A program made the translations under genes and the position numbers. DNA of 64,000 nt, taken from assembly GCA_963422375.2 (NCBI GenBank), contig OY729427.2, forward strand, positions 1,664,001 through 1,728,000, given 5' to 3'. This document shows, piece by piece, positions 8,848 to 19,470 of the stretch. The notes beneath the pieces were generated by a model. It did no database searches. It had not been told where the DNA came from and saw only the letters and a program-made list of their open reading frames with translations. Source of the DNA: Bryobacterales bacterium. Its GTDB lineage: Bacteria > Acidobacteriota > Terriglobia > Bryobacterales > UBA6623. How positions within the stretch are numbered: position 1 is the first letter of the stretch; the number at the start of each line of letters is the position of its first letter.

Positions 8848-11646
8848 ATGCGTGTTTTCATTTTCAAGCTCGCGCTAGCAGCGCTGGTGGCGCTTCCGGG
8901 CGTGTCGCCGCTGCCGGCGCAGGACAGCGGCGGAACGGTGCTCGGATTCGTCTACGACGCGTCCACGGGCAAGGCGATTCCGCAGGTCGAGGTCGAAGTG
9001 ACGGGCGAGGTCACCGTGACCGCGGTCACGACCGTCGAGGGCAGCTTCATGATCGACGGCGTGCCCGCCGGGGTCTACACCGTCAGCTACCTGTCGGAGA
9101 ACCACCAGGCCGTGAACGTCGAGGGCTTGGAGGTCCTTGCGGGCGAGGTCGCCGACGCCAGCACCGTGATGTCCGCCAGGGGCGAGAAGACGGTGGTCGA
9201 CGTCGTGTCGACCGTGGCGGCCTCGGTCGCCACCCAGGAGGCCATGCTGGTCGAGCGCAGGCTCGCAGCGACGGTCTCCGACACGATTAGCGCGGAAGAG
9301 ATCCGTGGCGGCACGGCGTCCGACGCGTCCGAGGCCATCGAGAAGGTGACCGGCGTCACGACCATGAACGACTTCGTCTTCGTGCGGGGCCTCGACCCGC
9401 GCTACAGCGGCACGACGCTGAACAACGCCTTGCTCGCGAGCACCGAGCCCGAGCGGCGCGTCGTTCCCTTGGATCTATTTCCCGCCAGCCTGATCGACAG
9501 CATCAAGGTGCAGAAGACCTACTCCCCCGACCTGCCCGGCGAGTTCTCGGCGGGCCTCGTGCAGGTGGAGACGACCGAGTTCCCGACGCGCCCGACGCTG
9601 ACCGTCAGCTACTCGATCGGGTACAACACCCAGACCCAGGGCCGCAGATTCCTCGACTATCCCGGCGGGGCTAGGGATTTCTTCGGCTTCGACGACGGAT
9701 CCAGGGCCCTGCCCGCCGTCATTCCGGCCGACAAGCGCGTGGACCGTCTCACCTTCAGCCGCGACGAGCTCCGGGAAATGGGGCGCGCCTTTTCCAACAA
9801 CTGGGAGCGCGCGCCGGTGGATCTGAGCCGACCCGCGATGAGCTGGAACGTCGTCGCCGGCAACTCGTTCGGGAAGCTGGGCCTGGTCGGCGCGCTAACG
9901 TTCTCCAACTCGCTGAGGTCGATCTTCGACCAGCGGCGCAACTACTACCTCCCCAACCCGCAGGCCGCGCTCGGCGAGGCCAACGCGGGGCCGCCGGTGC
10001 TCGCCAGCGAGTTCGCCTACGACGAATCGACGGAGTCGGTGCGGCTCGGCGGCGTCCTGAACCTGTCCTACCAGTTCGCCCCGGCTCACAAGCTGTCGCT
10101 GCGGAACTTCTTGTCGCGGGACACCGACGACGCGACGCGCTACTACGAGGGCTTCTACCAGGACTTCAACACCGATATCCGCAACCAGCGCCTGCGCTAC
10201 ATCGAGCGCACGATCCGGAACTCGCAGGTCGAGGGTGAGCACCTCTTCACAGGCCTGAACAACAGCGTCTTGACTTGGGCCATGTCCTACTCGAAGGCCA
10301 CGCGCGACGAGCCCGACCTGCGCGAGAGCCTGCAGATCTACCAGCCGCGCACGGACTCGTTCGTCTTCTTCGACGATAGCCAGAGCGCGTTCCGCATGTT
10401 CAACGACTTGGACGAGACCATGCTCAATCCGTCTGTCGACCTGCTGGTGCCCTTCTACAGGGGCTCGTTCAGCGGTGCCGTCAAGTTCGGAGCCAACTAC
10501 GCCTCCCGGGGCCGCAACTTCCGCTCGCGGCGCTTCCGCCTGAACCTGCGCAGCTCGCGGGGCATCGATCTCAAGCTCCCCCCCAACGACCTGTTCTCGG
10601 AGGAGCACATCCGTCCCCGCGGCTTCGAGCTGAACGAGACGACCCGCGTAACCGACGCCTACCGCGGCACGCGCGACGTGCTCGCGTATTACGGCATGGT
10701 CGAGCTGAACCTGGCCTCTCGGTGGCGCGTCATCGGCGGCCTGCGGATCGAGGACGTCGACCAGGACGTCACGACCTTTAATCAGTTCCTGCCGGCGACG
10801 GGCCGCGAGCCCGCTCCGTTTGAGACCACCAACGTCCTGCCCGGCGTCAACGCGATCTATTCGCTGACGCCCAAGCAGAACCTGCGCGTCGGCTACAGCC
10901 AGACCGTCTCCCGGCCCGACTTCCGCGAGCTGGCCCGCTTCGGCTTCCTGGATCTCGTCGGCGGCCTCCAGACGATCGGCAACCCGGAGCTGGTCCAGAC
11001 CGACATTTCGAACTACGACGTGCGCTGGGAGTACTTCCCGGGGAGCAACCAGCTCCTCGCGGCCAGCTTCTTCTACAAGAACTTCGAGCGCCCGATCGAG
11101 CAGACGATGATCGCGGCCGTGGCCCTGCTACGCACCTACTCCAACGCGAACGCGGCTCGCAACGCGGGCTTCGAGCTCGAGTTCCGTCGCGGGCTCAACT
11201 TCCTATCGCCCATGATGCGGGAGTTCGCGGTCTCGTCGAACTTCACGTTCGTGGACTCGAACATCGATTTGGAGAACGTCGACGATACGATCGTCCTGAC
11301 GTCGCTGAACCGCCCGATGCAGGGGCAGTCCCGCTACGTCGCGAACGTGATCGGCGAGTGGTCCAGGCCGAAGGCGAGGAGCACCGCGCGCTACTACCTG
11401 AACTACTTCTCGAGTCGGATCACCGATGTCGGTGCCTTCGGCCTGCCCGACGTAGTCCAGGACGGCCTGGCGACGATGGACCTCGTCTACGAATTCACGC
11501 TCAAGGGCGACGACCGCTGGAAACTGCGGTTTGCCGCGGAGAATCTCAACAACGCCCGCTGGTTCCTCACGCAGGGCGGCGAGACGTTTCTAGCCTATCG
11601 CGAGGGACGGACGCTCACGGTCGGCACGAGTTTCCGCGTCTTCTAG
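8848..11646 (+). CDS. TonB-dependent outer-membrane receptor
   Basis: Signal peptide, N-terminal carboxypeptidase-regulatory-like domain, plug (FVRGLDPRYSGTTLN..RVVPLDLFP), SRPDFRE, GNPEL, NLNN and terminal Phe. Confidence 0.95.
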   Translation: MRVFIFKLALAALVALPGVSPLPAQDSGGTVLGFVYDASTGKAIPQVEVEVTGEVTVTAVTTVEGSFMIDGVPAGVYTVSYLSENHQAVNVEGLEVLAGEVADASTVMSARGEKTVVDVVSTVAASVATQEAMLVERRLAATVSDTISAEEIRGGTASDASEAIEKVTGVTTMNDFVFVRGLDPRYSGTTLNNALLASTEPERRVVPLDLFPASLIDSIKVQKTYSPDLPGEFSAGLVQVETTEFPTRPTLTVSYSIGYNTQTQGRRFLDYPGGARDFFGFDDGSRALPAVIPADKRVDRLTFSRDELREMGRAFSNNWERAPVDLSRPAMSWNVVAGNSFGKLGLVGALTFSNSLRSIFDQRRNYYLPNPQAALGEANAGPPVLASEFAYDESTESVRLGGVLNLSYQFAPAHKLSLRNFLSRDTDDATRYYEGFYQDFNTDIRNQRLRYIERTIRNSQVEGEHLFTGLNNSVLTWAMSYSKATRDEPDLRESLQIYQPRTDSFVFFDDSQSAFRMFNDLDETMLNPSVDLLVPFYRGSFSGAVKFGANYASRGRNFRSRRFRLNLRSSRGIDLKLPPNDLFSEEHIRPRGFELNETTRVTDAYRGTRDVLAYYGMVELNLASRWRVIGGLRIEDVDQDVTTFNQFLPATGREPAPFETTNVLPGVNAIYSLTPKQNLRVGYSQTVSRPDFRELARFGFLDLVGGLQTIGNPELVQTDISNYDVRWEYFPGSNQLLAASFFYKNFERPIEQTMIAAVALLRTYSNANAARNAGFELEFRRGLNFLSPMMREFAVSSNFTFVDSNIDLENVDDTIVLTSLNRPMQGQSRYVANVIGEWSRPKARSTARYYLNYFSSRITDVGAFGLPDVVQDGLATMDLVYEFTLKGDDRWKLRFAAENLNNARWFLTQGGETFLAYREGRTLTVGTSFRVF

Positions 11647-11987
11647 CCTCGCCGGCCTGACGGGGCGCGGAGCTGCGCTTCAACCGGCGAGGAATCCAGT
11701 ACTTTGACTCCGTGCAGGAAGGCTTGACGGTTCGATATCCCGTCCTCCGGACGGTTCATTCCAGCCAATAGGACTGCTCGGATGACGCCGGTCGTCGCAG
11801 GTAAGCCGACACGTTTAGCCGCGCAAATCATGGTCCGCGTTTCCCCGGGTATAGAGGACAGGACCTGCCGACGGAGGACGGATTCGACAGGCATTCGGTG
11901 AGGGACGCGGATCCGGTCGGCCCAATCGGATCCCGTCGCACGGTGCGGCGGTCGATGCGCCGATCGGTGATACACTTCCATTTGGCA

Positions 11988-13382
11988 ATGAACTACGACG
12001 TATTGGTCATCGGCAGCGGGCCGGGCGGCTACGTGGCCGCCATCCGGGCTGCCCAGTACGGACTCAAGGCCGGCGTGATCGAGAAGGAGCCCCACCTCGG
12101 GGGGACCTGCCTGCACGTGGGATGCATTCCGACGAAGGCCCTGCTGCATTTCGCGGAGGTCTACGAAGCCGTCCTGCACGGCGACGAGATCGGCATCCGC
12201 GCCGAAAATGTCGCGGTCGACCTCGAGGCGATGGGGCGCCGCAAGGGCGCGATTGTCGGCAAGCATGCCCAGGGCGTCGGGCAGCTCCTCAAGAAGCGCG
12301 GCATCGACGTGATTCGCGGCTACGGCACCCTGCGCGGCGGCGGGACGGTCAGCGTCGCCGGCGACGGGGGCGAGCGCCGGTTGCAGGCTTCGCACGTGAT
12401 TCTCGCGACCGGCTCCGAGGCCCGCATGCTGCCGGGCTTGAATCCGAGTTCCGGGCGGGTACTGACGAACGTGGAGATCCTGGACCTCAAGCAGGTGCCC
12501 GCCTCGCTCGCCGTCATCGGCGCCGGAGCCGTCGGCGTCGAGTTCGCGTCGATCTTTCGCAGCTTTGGCTCGGAGGTGGCGGTCTTCGAGATGCTCCCGC
12601 GCATCGTGCCGCTGGAAGACGACGAGGTCTCGGCGGGGCTGCTCCGAGTGTTCCGGTCCCGCGGGATCGAGGTGTTCGCCGGCACCGCCGTGGAGCGGGT
12701 CGAGGAGACGCCCGGCGGCATCGCGCTGACCTTCAGCGGACCGGACGGCGGCAAGCAGGTGCGGGAGTTCGAGAAGCTGCTGGTAGCTGTCGGCCGCAAG
12801 CCCAACACGGACCGGGTCGGCCTCGAGAACACCGCGATCGAGACCGAGCGGGGCTTCGTGCCGGTGAGCGGCTACATGGAGACCGCCGAGATGGGAGTCT
12901 ACGCGATCGGCGACATCGTGGCCGGCTCGCCGCAGCTCGCGCATGTCGCCTCCGCCGAGGGCCTGCTCGCGGCCGCCCGGATCGCGGGCAAGGACGCGAG
13001 CCCCATCGACTACAACCTGAATCCCAACTGCACCTACTGCGAGCCGCAGGTCGCCAGCGTGGGCCTCAGCGAGCGGGCGGCGCGCGACTCCGGCCGCGAG
13101 GTCCAGGTGTCCAAGTTCCCGTTCGCCGCCAACAGCAAGGCGTCCATCCTGGGAAGCCACGCCGGCTTCGTGAAGGTCGTCGCGGACCGGGAGTTCGGAG
13201 AGATCCTCGGAGTCCACATTCTGGGACCGCAGGCGACCGAGGTGATTCACGAGGCGGTCGTGGCGATGCAGAGCGAGGCGACGGTGGATTCCATGCGCGC
13301 CACGATCCACGCGCACCCGACCTTGTCCGAGGCCGTGCTCGAGGCCTTCAACGGCATCTACGGGCAGGCGATCAATGCCTGA
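11988..13382 (+). CDS. lpdA: Dihydrolipoyl dehydrogenase (E3)
   Basis: GSGPGGY, GGTCLHVGCIPTK redox disulfide, GAGAVG, HAHPTLSE. Confidence 0.97.
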   Translation: MNYDVLVIGSGPGGYVAAIRAAQYGLKAGVIEKEPHLGGTCLHVGCIPTKALLHFAEVYEAVLHGDEIGIRAENVAVDLEAMGRRKGAIVGKHAQGVGQLLKKRGIDVIRGYGTLRGGGTVSVAGDGGERRLQASHVILATGSEARMLPGLNPSSGRVLTNVEILDLKQVPASLAVIGAGAVGVEFASIFRSFGSEVAVFEMLPRIVPLEDDEVSAGLLRVFRSRGIEVFAGTAVERVEETPGGIALTFSGPDGGKQVREFEKLLVAVGRKPNTDRVGLENTAIETERGFVPVSGYMETAEMGVYAIGDIVAGSPQLAHVASAEGLLAAARIAGKDASPIDYNLNPNCTYCEPQVASVGLSERAARDSGREVQVSKFPFAANSKASILGSHAGFVKVVADREFGEILGVHILGPQATEVIHEAVVAMQSEATVDSMRATIHAHPTLSEAVLEAFNGIYGQAINA

Positions 13383-14091
13383 ACCGGCCGCGGCCCTTGC
13401 CGGCGGGCCTCGGCCGTCGCCTGTCGCGCAGGGCCCGCCCTGCGAGATCCGTGATCTCGGGCGGGTCGCGTTCCGGCAGGCGTGGGATCTGCAGCTGGAA
13501 CTGGTGCGCGCCCGCAAGGCGGGTTCGGCGTGCGACCAGCTGCTGGTCGTCGAGCACCCTCCGACCATCACTCTGGGGCGCAACGCGCAGGCGGCGCACG
13601 TCCTGGCCGACCCGGCAGTGCTCCGTCGCATGGGGATCGAGGTCGCGGGGACCGACCGCGGCGGTGACGTGACCTATCACGGTCCCGGCCAGGTGGTCGT
13701 CTATCCGATCCTAGACCTGAGGGAGTGGCGCAGGGATGTCGGCGCCTACCTGCGGGCGCTCGAGTCGGTCATGATGGCGGTCTTGCTCGACTTCGGCATC
13801 CGCTCGCGACGGCTCGAAGGCATGACGGGCGTGTGGGTCGGGGACTCCAAGATCGGGGCGCTAGGCGTCCACCTGAGCCGCTGGGTGAGCTCCCACGGTC
13901 TCGCGCTGAACGTCAGCACCTTCCTCGCGCATTTCGACCTGATCGTGCCTTGCGGCCTGGCTAGGCCGGTCACGTCGATGGAGCGGGTGCTGGGCTGGGC
14001 CCCGGGCCGGGCAGCCGTCGTCCGCGCGCTTTGCGCCCGATTCGGCGAGGAATTCGGGCGCACCATGACCCGCGCCGGGTCCGCAACCTAG
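13375..14091 (+). CDS. lipB: Lipoyl(octanoyl) transferase
   Basis: VEHPPTITLG, DRGGDVTYHGPGQ, GVWV..KIGALG, HGLALN, IVPCG. Confidence 0.96.
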   Translation: MPEPAAALAGGPRPSPVAQGPPCEIRDLGRVAFRQAWDLQLELVRARKAGSACDQLLVVEHPPTITLGRNAQAAHVLADPAVLRRMGIEVAGTDRGGDVTYHGPGQVVVYPILDLREWRRDVGAYLRALESVMMAVLLDFGIRSRRLEGMTGVWVGDSKIGALGVHLSRWVSSHGLALNVSTFLAHFDLIVPCGLARPVTSMERVLGWAPGRAAVVRALCARFGEEFGRTMTRAGSAT

Positions 14092-14130
14092 AATCGCAAG
14101 TAGGAGCTTGCAGGGAGAGGAAGAGCCGCA

Positions 14131-15381
14131 ATGGCCGATGTCGTAATGCCCCAGATGGGCGAGAGCATTGTCGAAGGGACTATCACCAAGTGGCTGAAGG
14201 GTCCGGGAGACAAGGTTGAGCGCGACGAGGCGCTCTTCGAGATCTCGACCGACAAGGTCGACTCGGAGGTCCCCGCGCCCGATTCCGGGGTACTCGAAGC
14301 GGTCTTCTTCCCCGAGGGCGAAACGGTCGAGATAAATACCGTGGTCGCCGTCATCGGGGACGGATCCAGGGTCGGAGAGCACAGCGCGCCGACCGCGGCG
14401 GCCGTGCCGGCGCCGCCCGTCACCGCTCCCCCCGCGTCGGCACCTGTGGCGGAACCGGCGGCTCCCCCCGCGCCTGCGCCCGAGCCGGGCAAGCGCATCC
14501 GCAGCTCGCCGCTGGTCCGTCGCATCACCAAGGAGAGGGGAATCGACCTTGCCCTTGTCGGCAAAGGCAGCGGGGCCGGGGGCAGGATCACCAAGAGCGA
14601 CATCCTCTCCCACATCGAGACGCAGGAGCGCGTCGCCGCCTCGGACCAGTCGGCCAGCGCCTTCCCGGCCGCGCCCGAGGCCCGATTCGGCGACTTCGAT
14701 GTCGAGCCGCTCAGCGCGATGCGCGTGAGCATCGCCGAGCACATGATCCGGACCATGCGGGTGGCCCCCCACGTCTCGACGGTGCATGCGGTGGATTGCA
14801 CGAAGATCGCCAGCCTGCGCAGAGCGGCGAAGGACCAGTTCTTGGAGCGCAACGGCACCAAGCTGACATTCATGCCATTCTTCCTGCAGGCCGTGGCGTC
14901 CGCTCTGAAGGCCTATCCCACGGTGAACGCCTCGCTTGACGGCAAGAACCTCGTCAGGCACAGGGAAATCAACGTGGGCGTCGCCGTGGCCTTGGACTGG
15001 GGCCTGATCGTGCCGGTGATCAGGAACGCCGACGAGAAGAGCCTGGTCGGTTTGCAGCGATCTGTCAACGACCTCGCGACGCGTGCGCGCGCGAAGGCGC
15101 TCAAGCGCGACGAGATCTCGCAGGGGACATTCTCGATATCGAACTACGGCAGCTACAACTCGCTGCTGGCAACGCCGGCCATCAACCAGCCGCAGGTGGC
15201 GATCCTCGGGATCGGCGCGGTCACCAAGGCGCCCGTCGTCATCAACGACGCGATCGCGATCCGTTCGATTTCATACCTGACGCTCAGCTTTGATCACCGC
15301 GTGATCGACGGGGCTGTCGCGGACTTGTTCCTCGAGCACATCAGAGAGATCGTGGAGAACTGGAACGCTCCCGTCCTGTAG
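14131..15381 (+). CDS. sucB: 2-oxoacid dehydrogenase E2 (dihydrolipoamide acyltransferase, probably succinyltransferase)
   Basis: Lipoyl domain EISTDKVDSE, Pro/Ala linker, E3-binding SPLVRR..GRITKSD, catalytic DHRVIDG. Substrate specificity inferred. Confidence 0.88.
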   Translation: MADVVMPQMGESIVEGTITKWLKGPGDKVERDEALFEISTDKVDSEVPAPDSGVLEAVFFPEGETVEINTVVAVIGDGSRVGEHSAPTAAAVPAPPVTAPPASAPVAEPAAPPAPAPEPGKRIRSSPLVRRITKERGIDLALVGKGSGAGGRITKSDILSHIETQERVAASDQSASAFPAAPEARFGDFDVEPLSAMRVSIAEHMIRTMRVAPHVSTVHAVDCTKIASLRRAAKDQFLERNGTKLTFMPFFLQAVASALKAYPTVNASLDGKNLVRHREINVGVAVALDWGLIVPVIRNADEKSLVGLQRSVNDLATRARAKALKRDEISQGTFSISNYGSYNSLLATPAINQPQVAILGIGAVTKAPVVINDAIAIRSISYLTLSFDHRVIDGAVADLFLEHIREIVENWNAPVL

Positions 15382-15685
15382 CGGGCCCGACACCTTCGAG
15401 CGGGCTCGGGGGAACCTCGGCGATGAGTGCGCGGGCGTGCCCAGCCGAGCCTGCTTCAAAGGGGTCGCGCTCGATCCCTTCAATAGCGGCAAGAGCGTGG
15501 CGCGACGCTGAGGGTCGCATCTCTCCCCGGACGTGCGGGAGTCAGGAACCGGAGCGAATTATCCCAGCAGGCCCGTCGTCGGTGGACCGAGCGCCGTCCT
15601 TCGACACGACACCGTGATCGGGGGCTGGACGGTCGTCGACCAAGAGTCGCGAGCGACACAGAACCGAGCTGTACGCAAATACCGT

Positions 15686-16586
15686 CCTGATTACCCACAA
15701 GACTCAGCCAAGGTTAGGAGGCGGAAAGGCATGGGCGGGGTGCGCACGGAGGCGTGGAGCAGGCGGGGGACCAGCGCCTCCAGGTCGTAGCGGCGGTTGA
15801 AGCGGTAGCAGAACGCGGCGAGGTACCGCGGCAGGTGCTTGCCGTCGAGCGCATGGCAGGTTCCCGCCAGGGACTGCTTGACGTTCGCCAGCATCGTTCT
15901 GACCCGGACGAAGCGGGAATCCCCGCAGCTCCGCTGCCCGCCTGCGGTGACGGTCGGCACGTGCTCGCAGCCGGCGCCGGCCACGCCCCGGAAGCAGGCC
16001 GGGCCGTCGGAATGCACCTCCGTGCCGGGCTGCAAGTGCCGCCCGGCCCATGCTGCCAGCGTCTTCTTGCGGAAGCCCGCCACGCTGCTCAGGCGCATCC
16101 TTGCCGGCTGGCCGTCGGCGCTGACCTGCACGGCGGCCACGAACGGCGTCTTGCCCGCCGCGCCGCGCCCGCGCTTGCCGCCGCTCCGCTCCCCGCCCCG
16201 GCAGGCGTCGTCCACTGGCACGATGCCGTGCAGCGGCACGCGCTCGTCGCGCTCCTTCAGCACTTGCAAAAGCTTGTGCTTCATCTTCCAAGCCGTGTTC
16301 CGGCTGACCCCCAGCTGCCGCGCCAGTTCCAGCGACGAAACGCCGTGCTGGCCCTGCGTCAGCAGGTGGAGCGCCAGCAACCGGACGGTCAGCGGCAGCT
16401 TGGTGGCGGCGAAGATCGTGCCGGCGACGAGGGAGGTCCGGCGGTGGCAGGCATGGCACTGCCGGAGCTTGCGGGAGCGGATGCGGCAGTGCCGTCGGGA
16501 GCCGCACTCCGGGCAGCGGAAGCCGTCCGGCCAGCGGGCGTTGCAGACGGCCTGCTCGCATGGCCCCTCGCTGCCGTAGCGCTGCC
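15686..16586 (-). mobile_element. IS1595-family (ISXO2-like) element, 5'-truncated
   Basis: Right TIR CCTGATTACCCACAAGACTCAGCCAAGG from 15686; Zn ribbon CPEC..CHAC, GKTPFV, YRFNRR. Near-identical to the copy at 33024-33884, but the left end is missing. Confidence 0.92.
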
Positions 16587-17112
16587 CGAGACATGGCACT
16601 CTGCTAAACTATGCTACGATACAAGGTTTGGCATGGGCGCTGCCCGTTGCGACTGTTACTTCAAGCTGGAGCTCGGATCAAATTTGTCATGGGGAGACAG
16701 CGAGCTACGCGAGACGATTACAGGGAATATTTCGGTCTTCCCGCATCCGGTTCGCCACCGCTCGGGTTCTCGGCTTGGGCCCGACGGTCAGTCGCTCGGG
16801 TCGAGGCAGAGATCGGAGGAAGCTGCCTCTCGGATGCCCAGAGGGAATCACTGCTGGAGGGCCTCCATCGAAGCATGGCATTGCTAGGTGCGGACAGGCC
16901 GAGGGCCGGGCAGCAGCAGGGACGTGACGTCTGCGATGCGGCGGGGACGGTGGCGAGGCCAAATCGGGAGGGTGCGGTCTCGGTCGACCCGCTCGGGGCG
17001 CGGTGGGTGTTGGGTCACCAAGCCTTGGAAGTTCTCTTGGCGGGGCTCGTTCGTGTGCTGGCGGGGTCGTCGGAGCGGGTCGGAAACGAATCCGTCGCTA
17101 AGGCAGTCATGA

Positions 17113-17586
17113 ATAAGGAGCAACCTGAGCAGCGCGTTTTACGTGTTCCGGGCCGCGAAAGTCTGCCTATTGCGATCAAAATCGCCCTGTTTTGTGACGA
17201 TTGGGCTCAGCCCGGCGGACGGAGTGCGTGCGGCTGGGAACGTGGGAGCATACTCTGTCGCAAAGCTCGGGCTCCAGATGCTGACAAGGACGTTGGCGTC
17301 CGAGGTCGCCCCGATGGGGTTTCGGATCAACTGTGTCGCGCCCGGGCTGATCGACAACGGCCATCTCGAGGACGCGCAGATGCGGTGGATGTCGAAGAGA
17401 GTGCCGGCCGGGCGTCTCGGCCGCGTTGAGGAAGTTGCAGCATGCGTGAGCTTTCTGTTGCGCCCGGAATCGTCTTACGTTAATGGGGCGACGCTAGCGG
17501 TGAGCGGTGGTTGGGACTGGTTTGATCGCGACTCAAGTTACGATACGGCCGTGAAGGAAACCTTCGCTGAGGAGATCCGACGCTGA
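17113..17586 (+). pseudogene. Short-chain dehydrogenase/reductase, C-terminal half only
   Basis: NLSSAF, YSVAK (YxxxK), INCVAPG, PAGRLG..EEVA..FLL..SSYVNG. No Rossmann GxxxGxG upstream; in-frame stop at 17110-17112. Confidence 0.8.
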
Positions 17587-18752
17587 TGCCTGCCGCTGCT
17601 CTCAGTCTCAGGGGATGTCGCTTGGACGAATATGTGCGCGAGCATTTTCGGAATTCGCTGCTCGATTTTGCAACCGGCTCGCCCATGGAGACCCCGCCTA
17701 GCCTCTTGAGAGTTGAGGCGGTGGGTGCGGTCTTGAAGGCTCTGCAAGAGCGAAGCGATTCTTCGGGCTTGCAGGCCTTACGCGACGCCGTGGAGTCGAA
17801 GCTAGTCGCTAGCGGCCTCAGCTCGAATGCAGAGTACGAGATCGCCATTACCAACGGGGCGACGGGGGGCCTGCAGGCAGCGCTCTTTGCTGCAGTCGGG
17901 CATGGTGACGAAGTGCTTGTGCCCGTGCCGGGCTATCCAGTCTTCGACGCTATCCGCTTGGCAGGTGCCACACCCGTTGCAGTCGCACTTGAAGCACCCA
18001 GTTGGACGCTGAGGCCCGAAGCCCTGCTTTCCGCGATTACGCCGAGAACGCGTGCAATATACATCAATCAACCGAGCAACCCGACCGGGCGCGTACTCAC
18101 GGCGTTTGAAGTCGCCCTAGTCAGGTCGGTCTGTCTGGAGCGGAAGCTGTACGTCATTGAGGATGCGACGTACGAAGAGATCTACTTTGCCAAGCAACCG
18201 GTGGCCTTGGGATCCGAAGATCGGATAAGCGAGCGAGTCATCCGAGTCGGAAGTTTCTCCAAGACATACAACGTCCCAGGCTGGAGATTGGGGTATGTGG
18301 TGGGTTTGGGGGACGTTGGCCGTCGCGTTAGGCGCGTCAGCGAGACTGTCACGGGAGGCATTTGCACGCCGTTGCAGGAGGCGATGGTCGCGGCTTCGTT
18401 CGCTACCTTGATTGACTTGGATGCGATGCGCACGCGATATAGGAAAGTGCGAGATTGCTTTGTTTCCGTGCTAAATCGGTTTGGATTCCAATTCGAAAGA
18501 CCGGACGGGGGCATCTACGTTTTCGCCAATTGCCCAGCCGGTCTGGGCCCGGAAGATTTGCTGCGCAAGGGCGTGGCCACGATGCCCGGTTGGTTGTTTT
18601 ACCCAGACGAGGGGCGGCATTCTTCGCGAACACGGTTCTGCTTCACTCGGCCGAGGGCGCGTCTCGGAGAGCTTCGTGCAGTGTTTTGCCGAAGCGTCGT
18701 CGCGGAGGTAGGGCCCGATACAACCTGCAGGGGGAGGGGGTCTGTCGCGTGA
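17586..18752 (+). CDS. PLP-dependent aminotransferase, class I/II
   Basis: TNGATGG, NQPSNPTG, IEDATY, SFSKTYNVPGWRLG (PLP lysine); start overlaps the SDR stop (TGATG). Confidence 0.9.
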   Translation: MPAAALSLRGCRLDEYVREHFRNSLLDFATGSPMETPPSLLRVEAVGAVLKALQERSDSSGLQALRDAVESKLVASGLSSNAEYEIAITNGATGGLQAALFAAVGHGDEVLVPVPGYPVFDAIRLAGATPVAVALEAPSWTLRPEALLSAITPRTRAIYINQPSNPTGRVLTAFEVALVRSVCLERKLYVIEDATYEEIYFAKQPVALGSEDRISERVIRVGSFSKTYNVPGWRLGYVVGLGDVGRRVRRVSETVTGGICTPLQEAMVAASFATLIDLDAMRTRYRKVRDCFVSVLNRFGFQFERPDGGIYVFANCPAGLGPEDLLRKGVATMPGWLFYPDEGRHSSRTRFCFTRPRARLGELRAVFCRSVVAEVGPDTTCRGRGSVA

Positions 18753-19447
18753 GATTCGTTGTGCATAAGGGAATCCGAGATGCGTTCCCGGGGATGAAGC
18801 TTGCCGTTGGGTACGGTACGGGCTTGGATAACACGGGTCGTGGCCGTCGCATTCTCGAGGCACTGAGATCCGAAGAGGAGCGTCTCCGTGACCGCTGGGC
18901 ATATTCGAACGCGCAGTCACACCCCAGCATCGCTTGCTGGAGGACGGCGATGAAGCGGAACGGAGTGAAGGCTGCGATGTTCCCGAGTGCGATCGAGAGC
19001 TTGGTCAGGCAGGTGATCACCGGGCGTCACCTCGCGAACATCAACCCGTTGGTCAACCTTGGCAATCTCGTGGCGATCAGGCACCTGACCCCGGTCGGGC
19101 TCTTCTCGGCGAGTGTCGAGATACACCTGCGGCATACAAGAAGCGGCGAGCGCTTCACGGAAATCGGTCGGTCGGAGTCGGTGGGGCTCAACGAAGGGGA
19201 AATTTGCTACGCCACGCCGAGTGCGGTGATCACGCGACACTTCGTTTGGCGGCAGGGCGAAGAAGCCAAAGTAACGCCCGGTACACGGGATTTCTTCTTT
19301 GTTAGCGAGGTGCTTCCGGAGCTTGAACCGGTGACGGCGAGTAGGGTCCTAGACGACTTTGTACAAGATGTCGGTCGGTATTTCAACATTCGGATGAGGG
19401 CCGGGATGCTGACATCGCAGCCCAGTGAATGGAGCTTCGCGGGTTGA
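18749..19447 (+). CDS. Standalone B3/4 (PheRS beta editing-like) domain protein
   Basis: HPSIACWRTAMK, FPSAIESLVR, INPLVNLGNLVAI, GEICY, WRQGEEAKVT; GTGA overlap with the aminotransferase stop. Confidence 0.85.
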   Translation: MRFVVHKGIRDAFPGMKLAVGYGTGLDNTGRGRRILEALRSEEERLRDRWAYSNAQSHPSIACWRTAMKRNGVKAAMFPSAIESLVRQVITGRHLANINPLVNLGNLVAIRHLTPVGLFSASVEIHLRHTRSGERFTEIGRSESVGLNEGEICYATPSAVITRHFVWRQGEEAKVTPGTRDFFFVSEVLPELEPVTASRVLDDFVQDVGRYFNIRMRAGMLTSQPSEWSFAG

Positions 19448-19470
19448 GCATCTTGAAATCGCACGGAACG

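Noticed and set aside
16587..17112. ORF remnant between IS1595 and the SDR fragment (RFGMGAARCDCYFKLE or LLLQAGARIKFVMG)
   Set aside because: Faint resemblance to ATC-hydrolase/V4R or tyrosine-integrase C-termini in different frames; too short to assign without a search.
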